Assembly (NCBI GenBank): GCA_964016885.1
Contig: OZ024741.1
Coordinates: 86,118,001-86,182,000, forward strand
Direction: 5' to 3'
From: Eledone cirrhosa
Taxonomy: Eukaryota
Length of the DNA stretch: 64,000 nucleotides
Part shown: positions 1 through 13,100 of the stretch, in pieces
Layout: every line of letters starts with the position of its first letter
Position numbering within the stretch: the first letter of the stretch is position 1
Made by a program: the position numbers and the translations under genes
The notes under the pieces: generated by a model
Database searches by the model: none
Seen by the model: only the letters and a program-made list of their open reading frames with translations
What the model was told of the DNA's origin: nothing

Positions 1-900
1 GACAAACATATTGTAAGCCGGTTCACTTGCTCAAGGGGAAATACTCCTGCAGTCAAAATTATGTAGAGGTTTGTTAATTAATAGGTGGTGTGCTATACTG
101 GAGATTACATTAATCCATCGAAGACGTTAATCTTCTTAATTCGGCATTAAACTCTTCTATTTAAAAAAAAGCTATTACGGAGAATATAATAAAGTTTGTA
201 TTTCACATGGCTTTTTAGCTGTTCTCTAATAACAAGTGACGGCATTTAAAGGGGGGAGAACCGGTGATCATTCAAATAAAATACGTAGTACATGTGTGTG
301 TGTTTTCTCTATATATATAGGTTAGGTGCAAATGTCACAGCGATTCATACATATATTTTATGTTTTTATTTTGATATATACGACACAATCCTAAAAGTTC
401 AGTCATACTGATTATTTTCAAATAATTTTGAGAATAAGAATTTAGAGTGATTTAGTAATGTCTCACAATTGTTTGGAGCATAGTTTAACGAATGTTCTTA
501 CATAAAATTACGATAGAACGTTTTTAGATAAATATAAACACGATGAAATAAACAGCTTAGGCAGTTCAGTATTGAAGGTATTGGTAGAAGAAGAAAAAAA
601 GACTAACATCAAAATGAAAGTCTTATTTCAACATCTTGAATAATGGTTTATGCTGTGCTCGACATTTAATTCAATTCAACAATCCTTCAATTTGATGACT
701 TGTTAGTATATTCTCCAATAATCGACATAACTAGTTTTGTGCCTTCCACAAATTTTGTTTCTCCATATGCAAATTTTAAAATGAAATTTTGCAGAGGTAG
801 CTTGCGATTATAGTGATTTTTAAAATAATTAATATAATTATTTTAATACTTTCATTATTGTATACTTTCGCTCATTAACGCTATTATTTACTGAATACTT

Positions 901-1085
901 ATATGGTGGATTGGCAGTATCGGTAGAGGGTCGGACGCCATGCTTTCCAGCATAGTTACGTCCCTTTATGATCTGAGTTCAAATCCCGCCGAGGTTGACT
1001 TTGCCTTTCATCCTTACAGGGTCGATAAAATAAAGTACCAGTAATGCACTGGGTAATTGCTGGCCTTGTGCCTAAAGTAGAAACA
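901..1085 (+). mobile_element. tRNA-derived SINE, family A (Meta-domain-like core), full length with TSD
   Basis: A-box-like TGGCAGTATCGG, B-box GAGTTCAAATCC, core CTTTCATCCTTAC-GGGTCGATAAAATAAAGTACCAG. The 18 bp repeat ATTATTTACTGAATACTT lies at 883-900 and 1086-1103. Many other copies in the window. Confidence 0.88.
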
Positions 1086-1489
1086 ATTATTTACTGAATA
1101 CTTGCGATTTGTGTTTGGAAATATTCTATATGTAAACTCGAATAATTTCATAAATTATATCAGATTTTCTACAGGAATGTAATGCCATCTCTTACTTCTT
1201 AATACTATTTCTTTATATTTTCTATTTAAACATCTTTTATATATGTTTCAAATTTTGCAGGAATTTTATTACTAATTCTTAATACTTCGCAGCTGATTTT
1301 CATTCCTACCGGGTAGCAAACCTATCAAGTGCATGTCGGAGATCAGTCTGACGAGTTAATTAGTACCATGTCTTTCGCAAATTCCAGCTGACTGATCCTA
1401 CACCCGCGATATACAATACTTAATTACATAATCATTTCACATAAAAATATAGAATTAAAACGAAAGAAAATATCAATTCAAAATTGTCA

Positions 1490-1683
1490 ATCGCTCACAC
1501 ACCACAGCTTGGAGTGGCGGAGTCTCCCTCTAATACATTTGAAGAAAGCTAAGACGCTAGCAGAATTACTGCAGGTGATAGTGAGGCTAAAGCGCTGGGA
1601 CAACCAAGCACCTGCACAGGCATCATCTAACACCTCGGTAAGGTGAGTCGCCAACGATGACAAGGACTTCGTTGTCAGCGGCC
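1490..1683 (-). mobile_element. 3' fragment of a CRE-like (restriction-like endonuclease) non-LTR retrotransposon
   Basis: Minus-strand peptide WLSQRFSLTITCSNSASVL resembles the QRxSxxIxRGNAxxxL C-terminal motif of CRE-type elements; GC-rich patch. Confidence 0.55.
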
Positions 1684-1982
1684 CAGTAATACACTGAGAT
1701 AATTCCTGGCCTTGTGCCAAAAGTAGAAATAATTACTTAATATTGAATTAATATTTTATTTCGTTTTGATTTCATATTTTAAATTATAAACGCAGTAAAG
1801 ACTAGAGAATAGGGTGTCATTAAACTATAGTTATGCTTAAGAATAGAAGTTTTCTTGAGTACAAGAGAAAAAGTCTGAATGAACCACCAGCTTTTTATGT
1901 ACTCCGTCTACGTTTGAGAGCGGGGAAAACATTTATTTTCATTACGTATTTGAAGTATTCAATGGCACAATTATAATTTTGA

Positions 1983-2274
1983 GTAATCTTCCGATTTAAG
2001 ATCACAGAGACTTCTGTTAATCTTCGTAAAAGTATTTGATAATTATTGTAAATAAAAACAATGTGAAAGTTATTTGAACGGATGATTTATTACGAAAGAC
2101 AAATTACTATTAACAAAGAAGATGAAATGCGAAAGCAAAAGTCACTTAAAACCGAGTGATTTAATATCAAAGAAAATTAGTAAAAATTAAATTATAGCGT
2201 AGCAATGTCTAATTTTCACCGGCGGAGATTTAGAGATTGCCGGAAGTGTCTGTGATCTTAAATCAAACAATTAC
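1983..2274. mobile_element. MITE-like element with ~41 bp imperfect terminal inverted repeats
   Basis: 1983-2023 GTAATCTTCCGATTTAAGATCACAGAGACTTCTGTTAATCT is an imperfect reverse complement of 2234-2274. Confidence 0.6.
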
Positions 2275-3354
2275 CTAACTTTGTTTTAGGAACGTGGGGC
2301 CAATAGTCGATTGATCAACGTCTAAGAGACGGTGATGTCTTCTCGTTATTTAAGCTTAAGCCAGAGACAAAATACCTTGTTCTTCTCGTATCATTGTTTC
2401 TTTGTTTTGATACTTTTGCTCAGAGTTCAGGTATTAAAAGAAGAGTGTTAAAGAAAGGGAAGTAATTGTACATAACATTTTAGACAGCGAAGCAAATTTT
2501 CGTTCCTTTTATTTTTTCTATTTTGGGTATGGAAATCATTCGTTACTATGATTTTAACCACCGTTATGAAAGGGTCTATTTTATATATATAATTTAACTT
2601 TGTTTAGTATATATTGTTTAATGTAGGATCATACATATAAAACAACGAAACATTAACCGGAAAAAAAACTCAGTGCATTTAGATAAGGTATAAAATTTAT
2701 TTGTAAATGGGAATGTTGACAGTAGGTTCGAAGTTTTGCCGATGATTGACTTAGAATACGAAGTCACTGTCAACTATTTACTTGTAGAAATAATCAGTTA
2801 GCCTATCAACCACGTGGTTTGGGGTTGGTTCCCATTGCATGGCATCTGGGATAAAATGTACTATAGCATTGGGTTGACCAATGGATTGGGAGCGACATTT
2901 GGTAGACAGAAACTGTAGAAGCCCTTAAGTATATATATATGAATGTGTCCGAGATTTCGTCCAGTAACTTAATGGTTCGATAAAAGAAGTATCAGACTTG
3001 AATAACAGTAAACGAATATATACGTATTGTTTTCGTATTAACAAAAACTATATATAATTTTTAGTCTATTAAATGTTTTAATAATAATCCTTTTAATTTT
3101 TTTATTTTTTATAAAATATTTCAACTCATTGGAATACTTTTTTTTCTTTTGCAAATTCATTTATAAACAACGTATAATGTCAAAACAAACACTGTTAACA
3201 TCTAGAGATCACGTTAGTAACTATATGGGGTCAAATAACTCCTTAACGTTAAGATAATCTTTGAAAAGGATCAGAGCTTCCCTCTTTACCTTTACACTCT
3301 TTCTCTATCCTTAGAGTTTACACTCACACTTACCTGACAAATTTCATAAGTCAC

Positions 3355-4168
3355 TACTTGTGATTGGTTTGTTTTATCAGTATTGGACTAATCAGAAAAC
3401 TCCTTACAAAGTAGCAGCTTCTTTCCCTATATCTGTTTTTCTTTCTATTCCCCCCTTTTTTAACTCACTCCATCTATTTTTTTAATCTTTTACTTACTCC
3501 CTCAAGCGTCTATTTGCTCTGTGTGTATATGTATATATATATAAAACCTAATTCTCACACTACCCCTCTTTTTCAATTGTTTTACTAGCCCTTTATTTTC
3601 TTTATCTAATGTAACTATCTGTTCTCAGTATCTTTTTTTTTTTTAACACACTACTAGCTCTCTTTTCTCTGTCTCTTTCTCTCTTAAATTTCTTTATGCC
3701 TCTTACTATCTTCTTATTGTCCTTCCTCCTACTTCTTTTTTTTTCATCTTTAACGGACCCCTCTCTTTTTCTTCACGCTGCTTTTCCTTGTGTCACTCAC
3801 TCGGCTGATAACTTATACAGTCTCTAATTGTTCTTCCTCCTACTTCGCTCTTATTCTCCCTCTCTTTCGCTTTCTCCCAATCCTCTCTCTGTAATAGTAT
3901 TATGGGTTGGCTATCTTTTCGCCATATTGCAAAACACGCTATATTTTCCCTCATGATGTTGGGGTCTGTCGTGTGCTTTGCACCGAATTTTGCGGAAACC
4001 TAATTCGATTTCTCAAATTATAAAGTAACGAACCAAAAAAAAAAAAGAAAGAAACACCAACAAAATTGATATAAAAGGAAAACAAATAAATATACACCAA
4101 CAAAAGGAATTATTCCAACTCTGACGAATAATTAGGATAAACAAACTCCCTTAATTTTTTTCTTCATT
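3355..4168 (+). promoter_or_regulatory. Putative promoter and 5' UTR of the SCAF4/8 gene
   Basis: Two ATTGG (reverse CCAAT) boxes at 3363 and 3382, a long pyrimidine-rich tract, a YY1-like CGCCATATT at 3920-3928 and more CpG, all just upstream of ATG 4169. The TSS cannot be fixed from sequence. Confidence 0.5.
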
Positions 4169-4198
4169 ATGGAAGCCGTGAGGGCGTTCAACAATGAG
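4169..4198 (+). CDS. SCAF8: SCAF4/8 exon 1 (MEAVRAFNNE)
   Basis: ATG GAA GCC GTG AGG GCG TTC AAC AAT GAG followed by gtaagg; matches the family N-terminus MEAVxxFNxE; phase 0. Confidence 0.93.
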
Positions 4199-7100
4199 GT
4201 AAGGCGTGATTAATATATAAATGTATATATATAATCTATATTTGATATACTTGTAGGTTAAAACATTGTGCTGTTTATTATGCTTGTGTGTTTTAGGAAA
4301 TTCCTGTACGGTTGATAGAAAATAGTAAAGGAATCGTTTAGTTTAGTTTTTTTTTAAATGATACAAGGCGTGCAATATATATATGTATATTTATACGTAT
4401 AATGTAGCTTATCAGATACTGTAGGTTAAATATTGTAAACTATGTTAAGTCTGTTTTATATATGACACTATATATATATAGTTGGTGATTATAACAAGAT
4501 TTGTACGAAGGAATCTTAATACAGCGAGCATTATTTAAAACATGTAGCAACCGGTACGGCTTGAATCTTAAATGAAACTACAGTGAATCGTATGTGTGTG
4601 TGATTAAATATCATCATCATTATACAGATGTTAAATGATTATATGTTAAAAGCATGAAGGCCCTTTTGTCAAGCTTAAATCGTTTTGATGGTAGAGTAGG
4701 AACCGGCTGAAAGCTTGGAAGTATGGTCTACTTGTCTTGAAATAAATATCTACACTTTTTTTAAGTATGGAGTAGTAAGTTGAATAATAGTCTTACTAGT
4801 CTCCAATTCTATACCTATATATATTATATATAATTCTTCGTTTTAAAGTCTGAAGACTTCCGGTAATTTCCGTGAGTGAAATTGACAATATGAAAAAGAA
4901 AATTAGGTAAATTTTCTCAATAGGAAATAATATCTTTTTCCTTTTCTCAGTAGGAAATATCTTTTTCCTCGATTGTTTCGTGTGCTATCAATTAAACCTA
5001 GCTCCGAATATGCCGCAAAGGACTTTTTTCCTCGGAAAACGGGGAGGATGGCGAGGGGGTCATTTCACATGTCCTTCCCTCGGAGTTTTTTTACACCCTC
5101 CTAATCTCGGGGGAAGATGAGTGAAAATCCGATGGTCCCTCCATTTACAGGGGGAAAAAGTCCTTTGCTGTATATTTGAAGCTAATTATTTCCCACTGAA
5201 ATCGAGTGGGGTTTTTATAATACAAAAATTTATCAACATAATCGCAATCTATACCTTCCATGTGTGTTTATATATAATGTAGTGCCCCTCTCCTAACCTG
5301 GACTTCTTTTCCTCATCACCTTTTTACTAATGCATATTTTGCAGGGATAAATTTTCATAGATGTAGATGTTAAAACTATGGATTAAAAGAAGCCATTTTC
5401 ACTAACGGAAATTACCGGATGTGGTGTATGCACTTATATTTGTTTAGTATTAGCGAACGCGAAAATGATTGCTCAATACCACATTTTATTAAAGAACTTA
5501 TTATCAACCTTTATCTATATATATGTGTGTGAAAATATTTCCACGGCTGATCTAAAATTTTGATGTTTGTCTTATCAGTCACCATCATTTATTATCTATA
5601 ACAATCGTGCGTGAGTGATATATATATATATGTTACAGCCCGACATTGTTCAGCCCCATAGTACCTGTACCCACACCAACCCCCAAACTCCGTGATACGG
5701 TTTCGATTTACGGTCGTTGCCATTTCACCTCCGGCAAAACCCACCTCACCACAGTCAACTTATTGTGTGAGTACGATGTGGAGAGTATGATTCGTGGCTG
5801 GATCTAAATAATATTGAGTTTGATCACCACTCAATCAAATGATATTGACAATAGATTTCAAATGAAGAAAATAAAATATCTCGTCCCATTCACCGCTTTC
5901 ATTGTGTATATATACACAGAATAGGCTTTCTTGCCAGTTCGTGTGTGTGTATTAAATAATCCTTCATTTTAAGCTCAGACAACTTCCGGTAATTTCCGTG
6001 AATGAAAAATGGCTATTTTAGGTGGAGGTAGTAGAATAGTTATGCATGCATATATATATATGTATATATAAAGCGGAATATGCAAAATGAATCCGATGAA
6101 TCGGAAGAGATATTTTCGTTTTCTTCATTCGAGATCTATTGTCAGCATGCCTCATTATTTCTTTGTACGTTTATTTTTATTTACCTTTTAGATATCTCTC
6201 GTCTTAACCTCCTAGATAGATATATATAGAGAGAGGGGAATTTGTGTGCTGTTGTGAACTGAATCGATCACAATTTGTAGTTAACTGTACTTTTAATGTC
6301 ATCGACCTCAAATGGAGGTGTTGGGAGTGAGATGCAAATTTGACCCTGGCGATCGTTAGTAATTATTGTTTAGGGTTATTAATAACAAAAAAGCTCAATA
6401 TATAGACATTTATGAGTTCTTTTTTCAGTCTGGCGTTCTAGATATTTATTGCAGTTAAGTCTACTATTTAATAGTAATAATTGTTCCTAACATAGGCACA
6501 GAGCCAGGCATTTTGGGGAAGCGGAAACAATTAAATTGACCCCGGTACTTAATTTTAGTAGTATTAGTAATATCAAGTTAGGATCTTTTATGCTATTGAA
6601 GTCGGAGGGATGTTAAAGTGTGTTTTAGCCTAAAAACCTAAATTATTCTTCCCCCTTAAAACTTCAGGTTTTTTTTTACTTGTCTTTACAACATCCTGGC
6701 TTTTAATTTGCGACAGTCAAAAACTGATGTTGCGGTCTCTGACTGAAAGGAAAGCTCATTTCTGGCATGACTAGATATTTTCTCCGAAAGATCCAAATAT
6801 GAAAATGTTTCTTTTGCTAAGAAAACGAAATTTTAGAATTTAAAAAATAAATTGTTCTCCACATTTCATGTCATCATATGCCAGTGTATATGTCGCACCT
6901 TTCTCTGTGCCACGAAAATGTGATGTGAAAAACCAGCGTGTGTCTTATCTATTGGACCTACTAAACCTCAATTTACAAATTATGGTGCATTCTAAATATG
7001 TATATAAAATGGGGCGTGTGATTTATCTACCGGTGCGACTTATGCACTAGTATTTAAGTTATTATATAATGTGCGTGTGTGTGTAGAAAAATGTTAGTAA

Positions 7101-10100
7101 CTTCGGGCTTGGTCTATTCGTATATAAATATTAGAGGTTAGATTAGTAAGAATAGGACATTTTTGTTCTTTATTTTATTTCTTCGGTAAAAATAGAGCAT
7201 TAAACAATTATAAACATTATCTGAATGATTTCAATGTGGAGTTGAAATCAGGTCACAGAATCTTTTTGCTGATAATTTATCTGCTCTTATTCTATGCCGC
7301 TCTACCCCTCACATTCCTGCGAGTGTATGTGTGTCGGTACTTGTAATCCACGTGAAGGCGCATGGTTTAGTGGAGTGTTCGAAACCTGTACCCGATGGTG
7401 CGTCGTCGTCGTAGAGCACAGCATTCTATTTTCCTTTGCTCCAGTTCACAAAATATTCAAAGGACCGCCTATCTTCCCTAGAACTACATTAAGGGCGCAC
7501 GTGTCTGGAATACTGACTCCTGAATTAAGGACGAAAGTCCTAGATTGAAAAGAGGAGGAGGGGATTGAAATGTAAACCGGCTTTTTATTTACCTTTCACT
7601 ATATTTTTCTACCAGTGACTATCCTGGGTCACCGCGTTAAAGTTTTTTTTTCTTTCTCTCTCCCTATCATATCGATCGCTCTTCGTCGATCCGCTAAGTT
7701 ACGAATATATACACATACGCATGGTGTATTTCTTCTTGTTTCAGGCTAGCAAATTTCGCTTAATGTTTTGGTCAAGTAATCTTTCAACGATGGAGCCTCT
7801 AACATAACGCCATCCCATTTGTTAGAAATAGAAGCCAAATATCCCTCTAAACGTTTTATAAAAGGGACATGTATGTGTATATATATATATATATAATACA
7901 TACATACATGACAACTACTTTGTATAATCGGAAAAATAGGGGTGGAAACAGATTTATAGTTGCCTCATTTTCTTTGCGCGTGTGTTGGTGTTCTATGATT
8001 TTATATATGTATATAAAGGTAAGCATAGAGGTACAAAATAATTAATGTTATCAGGAGATACAGATTAAATATATTGAGAAAAAATATCGTTAAAACGACA
8101 TGTAACTTAGGTGGACAAGCTATATATCATATATAGAGAGAGTTATAGAAATGATAGCACAAAAACAATGTCTAGAGATCGAGAGAACAAGTTGAAACTT
8201 TGGAGTTTGAGGAAAGTTTTTAAGACGGTTGAGGGTGGTAGGCGAGTGGTTCGGGAGTGGGAGCCGAGTTGGAAAGTCCAGGAATGTCATGGGTTTGGTT
8301 AAGCATGTGCCAATGGGGTGAATTTCGTAGGTTGTGCATTATTGCTTCTGTGTGTGTCTGAGTCTTTTATATTGTTTGTGTGTGTATGGGTATGTTCAGG
8401 TGTGGGGTTTTTTGTGCATATGTACATGCGTATATTTATGTTTTTGTCAGTATGCAATGGCGGTGTCCCAGCATGGCCTCAGTCTGTCGGCTGGAACACG
8501 TAGTAGAGTATGTGTATTTCCACGAGTGTTTGACTTGCTGCATTGTGAGTGTGTCGGAATGTTTTCTGCTTTTAATTACGTACATGTACGGTTTTTTCTC
8601 CGTGCGTGTGTATGTTTTTGTATGAGTGAGTGTATATGTTTATATATGAGTGTCTCCACGTGTGTTTGATTTTTTTGTAATGTTTGTGGGTGTGTCGGAA
8701 TTGTATTTTTTTCTTTCATGTGTGCACCGAAAGTGTCAGATGTTTGAGTTTGTGTGTAATTATGCGAATATCCGAATGATTTTCGAAAGTGATCAGCTTG
8801 TTTTTATATATATATTTTTTATATACACATACACATAACACACATCGTATACTATATGCATGTATGTAAATGTGTATTGATGGGTATATAAATGCTCGCT
8901 CAAATCACGCTTCACTTCCATCTTGTAAAGATGACATTAAAATAATGTAACTCTACATTGTGCCTGAAAGAAACGCCTGTAATTGTAGATCAGTTTAATG
9001 AAGTTTTTTTGTGAAGGTGGATTTAGTTGTTAGGCTATTGAGCTCCCTGACTGAGCAGCAAGTTGTGTCCTTGAACAAGGTACTACATTTCACGTTGCTG
9101 CAGACCACCGAGCTGGGGGAGGAAACCAGCCGTGACATCACCGGTGTCAAGCTGTATCGCCCTTTCCTTTGGACAACATCAGTGTGGTAGAGAGGGCGAT
9201 CGCTGATCTTCCACACAAAAAGAACCATGTTCGTGCTTGCATCATTGAGAGAAGCTTTCCAAATGCAAACCCGTGATCAATCGTGATAGAGGAAAGGAGT
9301 TTGTTACATTTTTCATACCCTGTACAGACCTTTTGTTTATTCGTTCGTCTGTGTTAATGGTTTCTAGGCTATCAATTATCTGCTTAGCAACAGAACAAGA
9401 TCACGAATAATCAGCACCAACTAGACCAATTGCCATAACTAACAGATAAACTTATTTAAACGCTAGAGCACTATCTCGTCTAACAAACTGACATCTCTGC
9501 AATTGCCTTTAGTCCCAAATAAACCCATCCTGAATCATTTAAATTGCAAATATTTATTAAATGCATAAAACATAACCTACTTTAAAAAAACCTAAATACG
9601 AAAGTCAGATCTTTATGTTGTAGAACCAAGGGTGGTTTCATATAGTTTGTTTAAAAATAAAGAACATTTAGTGTTAGAATATTCAATACAGTTCAAAACA
9701 AATCCCTAAAATGATGGTTTAGTCATGACATGAGTATCTTTGATCATTATAGGTCTTGTTGATCAAGGTTGACCTGGGTTTAAACAAGAAAAACAGCAGT
9801 CATGAAAAAAATAAAATCTCATTCTTTCAATCGCTGTCTTTGACTGCATTTAGCTGATTTAACGAGTGTTTTAGTGATGAGTTTTCTCATTTTTATATGT
9901 ATTCAAATAAACTCTTCTCACTTCGTCTTGATCAGAGATATTGTTTTAACTTTATTATAGCTATGATTAGCTTTCTATTTAGGACAGACACTACAGCTTG
10001 AGGTCCACTTTCCCATTATTTTCTTTCGTCGTTCTGTTTGTGCTGTGTTTTATCACACATTCATCATACCAGCAGAAAGATTTATTTTTGTTGTATGATC

Positions 10101-13100
10101 TAGCATTTCAAAATGGTACTCTCAATTAAGTCGTGCGAAACCATTTTGTTGGTTTGAGATCTGATGAGGGTGAAGATGTGTGTGTAAACTTGTCTTGTAC
10201 ATCGCCTTTCTTCATTTTCTTCTTCCAGTCACTTCTGTGCGCCAGCACACATCTTGTCGTCTTCCTTCTTTTTCAATATTTTCTATATTTCATCTGCCTG
10301 TCACCCACCTTGTGGATTGTCTCTGTTGACTGCTAGTCTGTGTCCCCTGAGGCATTTTTGCCCATCGCTGTCTTTGACATCATTTAGCTGTTTCAACAGC
10401 TGCTCTAGCAAGAGTTTTCTCAGTTTTATATGTATTCATTTCTTTTTGTTTTTTAAAGGTTAAGATGATATAAAATTAACAGACCTTTCTGGTTATGGAA
10501 TAATTTTCAATACTGTTTAGTCAGTGAGGGAGAAGGTGCGTGTCCTTGAGGTTAGTGCGTTGGGTTCCCGATCATAAAGTCATGGATTTGATGCCCAGAC
10601 CAGGTGAATTGTGTCCTTGAGCAAGACACTTCATTTCACGTTGGTCCTGTTCATTCAACTGAAAATGAGTACCAGCAGTAGCTGGTGGTTAATCTCTGTA
10701 ACCATCTTATGCAAAGCATGGAAAAATTGAACCTGAAGTGGTAACTAGCCAGAAAGTTGAATGACAGAACCCGTGGCTTTTTAAGGTCTCCAAAACTAAC
10801 GGGAGGGGAGGGGTTATCCTCAAACTGGAGACCTGGTTTGAATGCTTGATACAAAGGGGACTACCACTAAAGACACTTTATGGCTAGTTGGTAGTGTTAT
10901 ACTGGGAATGCAGCCAAGTTTTCGCTGCTATTTCTAGTGGAGATCTAGCAACCATGTAGAGTTTCCCTTGTTGATTCATCTGTGTTTGTGGTTAAAGTAT
11001 TTAGCAGTCCTCCTTTCCTTCCTCCTCTTCGTAATTAGACATTCCAACCATGACCATCCCATCTTATAGTGTGACTTAGTGCAATGTTTGTCATAGTGCA
11101 TGTACTGTGATATTGAATTAGAAGCCCTTATTTTGACATGTTTAGCAATGGTGACAAATGGATGGGTAGAGAGAGAATGGGGTAGCATTGTGAGCAAGTG
11201 TCTGTACCTTAGCCTCAGGTTAATCTAAGCTTTAGACAGAAACTGCTTGAAAGCTCATCAGATGGATTGTACCTGTAATCCAAAGGTCCAGCTATATCAT
11301 AGTGTCCTGCAATTCAGCTTGGTAGTTACATTAACCCTGCATGTCAGTAAAATACCCACCTGTATATCAATTCATGAATTAGACATTTGGTTGATCAAAC
11401 AGCTGAATGTTTAATGTCCATTTTTCCATGTTAACATGTTAGAATTGTCCCTTTCTGAGACAAGTTGGATCAGGTAACCTAATCTTGCTCATACAGAACT
11501 GTTTTTGGCTTAGTTTCTGTGGCTGGATACCCTTCCTAATGACAACTACTTTTACAGTGTGGACTGGGTGCTGATATCAAAGTTAAATATCCAAACATCA
11601 CATTAACTCTTATTGTCTTGTTCCACATAAAACCACATTAGCAAAGCAGCACTTGGACTGCATCACATTAACACTTAAGATGCTGTTCCATATGAAACTA
11701 TATGAATAAAACATTGAAAAGTACAAAACAGCTCTGTAACTGCTTCCCATTAAAAATTGAAGTCCTAAGCCCCTTGGTAATGTCTATGCTAAGTGACTGG
11801 CAAAGAGATTTAGTGAAATTGTTGAGTCCAGGCTAGCTGATGAATGGTGTGGTTTTCGCCCTGAACGCAATGCAGCCGGCCAAATATTCACACTGCGGCA
11901 GGTCATTGGAAAATAGTGGAAGTACTGCAAAGAGGTGTATCCTTGCTTTGTAGACCTCAAAAAGGCATACAACTGCATTCCACGGTACCTGCTGTGCAAA
12001 GTTCTGCAGGAGTATGGGATTGATGGACAGCTTCTTGTTGCCCTGATGTCTATATGTATGCCTTAGTATTTGTGTTCGGATAAATGGAGAGTCACTCTAG
12101 GTAGAGCCGTTACTTTTCAGAATTGAGAGATAACAACTCAGATACTACGGGCATGTGGTTAGAATGTCTTGGGAGAGAATTGCTGGACAGAATCGCTGGA
12201 CAGATTTTACAGAAAAAAACAACCAGCAGGTGACCTAGGGATAAACTCCAAGCAAGGTGGTTAGATAACATCCATAAGCTTAGCTCATCTCGCTTGGAGA
12301 TCCAGCCAGATCACCTGGGGGACAGTTGCTTCTGACAGGACCTGTTGGAAGTAGTGTTTTGAGGACTCTGCCCCCAGGGCTCTCATAGGAATAAGTCCTT
12401 AGTCCAATATGGCAAATTTTCATAAACCCCATGTGAAATGTTGAGAGGGAAATACAGCAACAGCAAGAGAGAAACTGTGAAAGACAGGTAGATATCACCA
12501 TAGTAATTAACTACACAGCAAGTGGCGCTTTCCAGTCGATACTCCCAGCTTGTTGCCAGCTTGGATGTTTGTTGCTCGAGACACTGTCAGTCAACTGAGG
12601 CGTTTTATGAACTGATTTGTTCGTGATGAGAGGCATTCATGAACCAAGGTTCCACTGTAGTAATGACAAGAAGCATAAAACTAGAAACTGACATGTATTT
12701 CTAACCTACAGGCTCCTGAAAATACCTCCTTTTTACATCTTCTCATCTATACCAATATTCCACTTAGCTAAGTGAGTCTGCACATTAGTCTCAAACAAGA
12801 GACCACAGACTAGAAGAGATGAAAAAAATACTCAAGAGAAAATATCCTCAGAATTTAATCAACAATAGTATTTAAAAAAAACAAGACAAATTGTCATTCA
12901 TGAACTCCAAGAAACAAAAAAAAAATTGTTATACCATATATTTTAACTATTTGTGTCTGTTTATGCCCTGTAAAGTTGCAGTTTAATGGAGAAAAGGGAT
13001 TGATAAAATAAGTACTGCAGTCAATGTGATGGACTTAATCAAGGCCATACCCCAGCATGGCTGCAGTTGGAAACTAGTAAGAGAATGATGTCTGGTATTG

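Noticed and set aside
316-345. Mariner-like TIR (TAGGTTAGGTGCAAATGTCACAGCG)
   Set aside because: Only one degenerate end was seen, with no partner TIR or transposase
905-992. tRNA gene candidates (A/B boxes) here and at other SINE heads
   Set aside because: No cloverleaf; each continues into a SINE body and tail
8111-8838. Overlapping 60-110 aa ORFs
   Set aside because: GT-rich low-complexity sequence with short internal duplications and no coding signature
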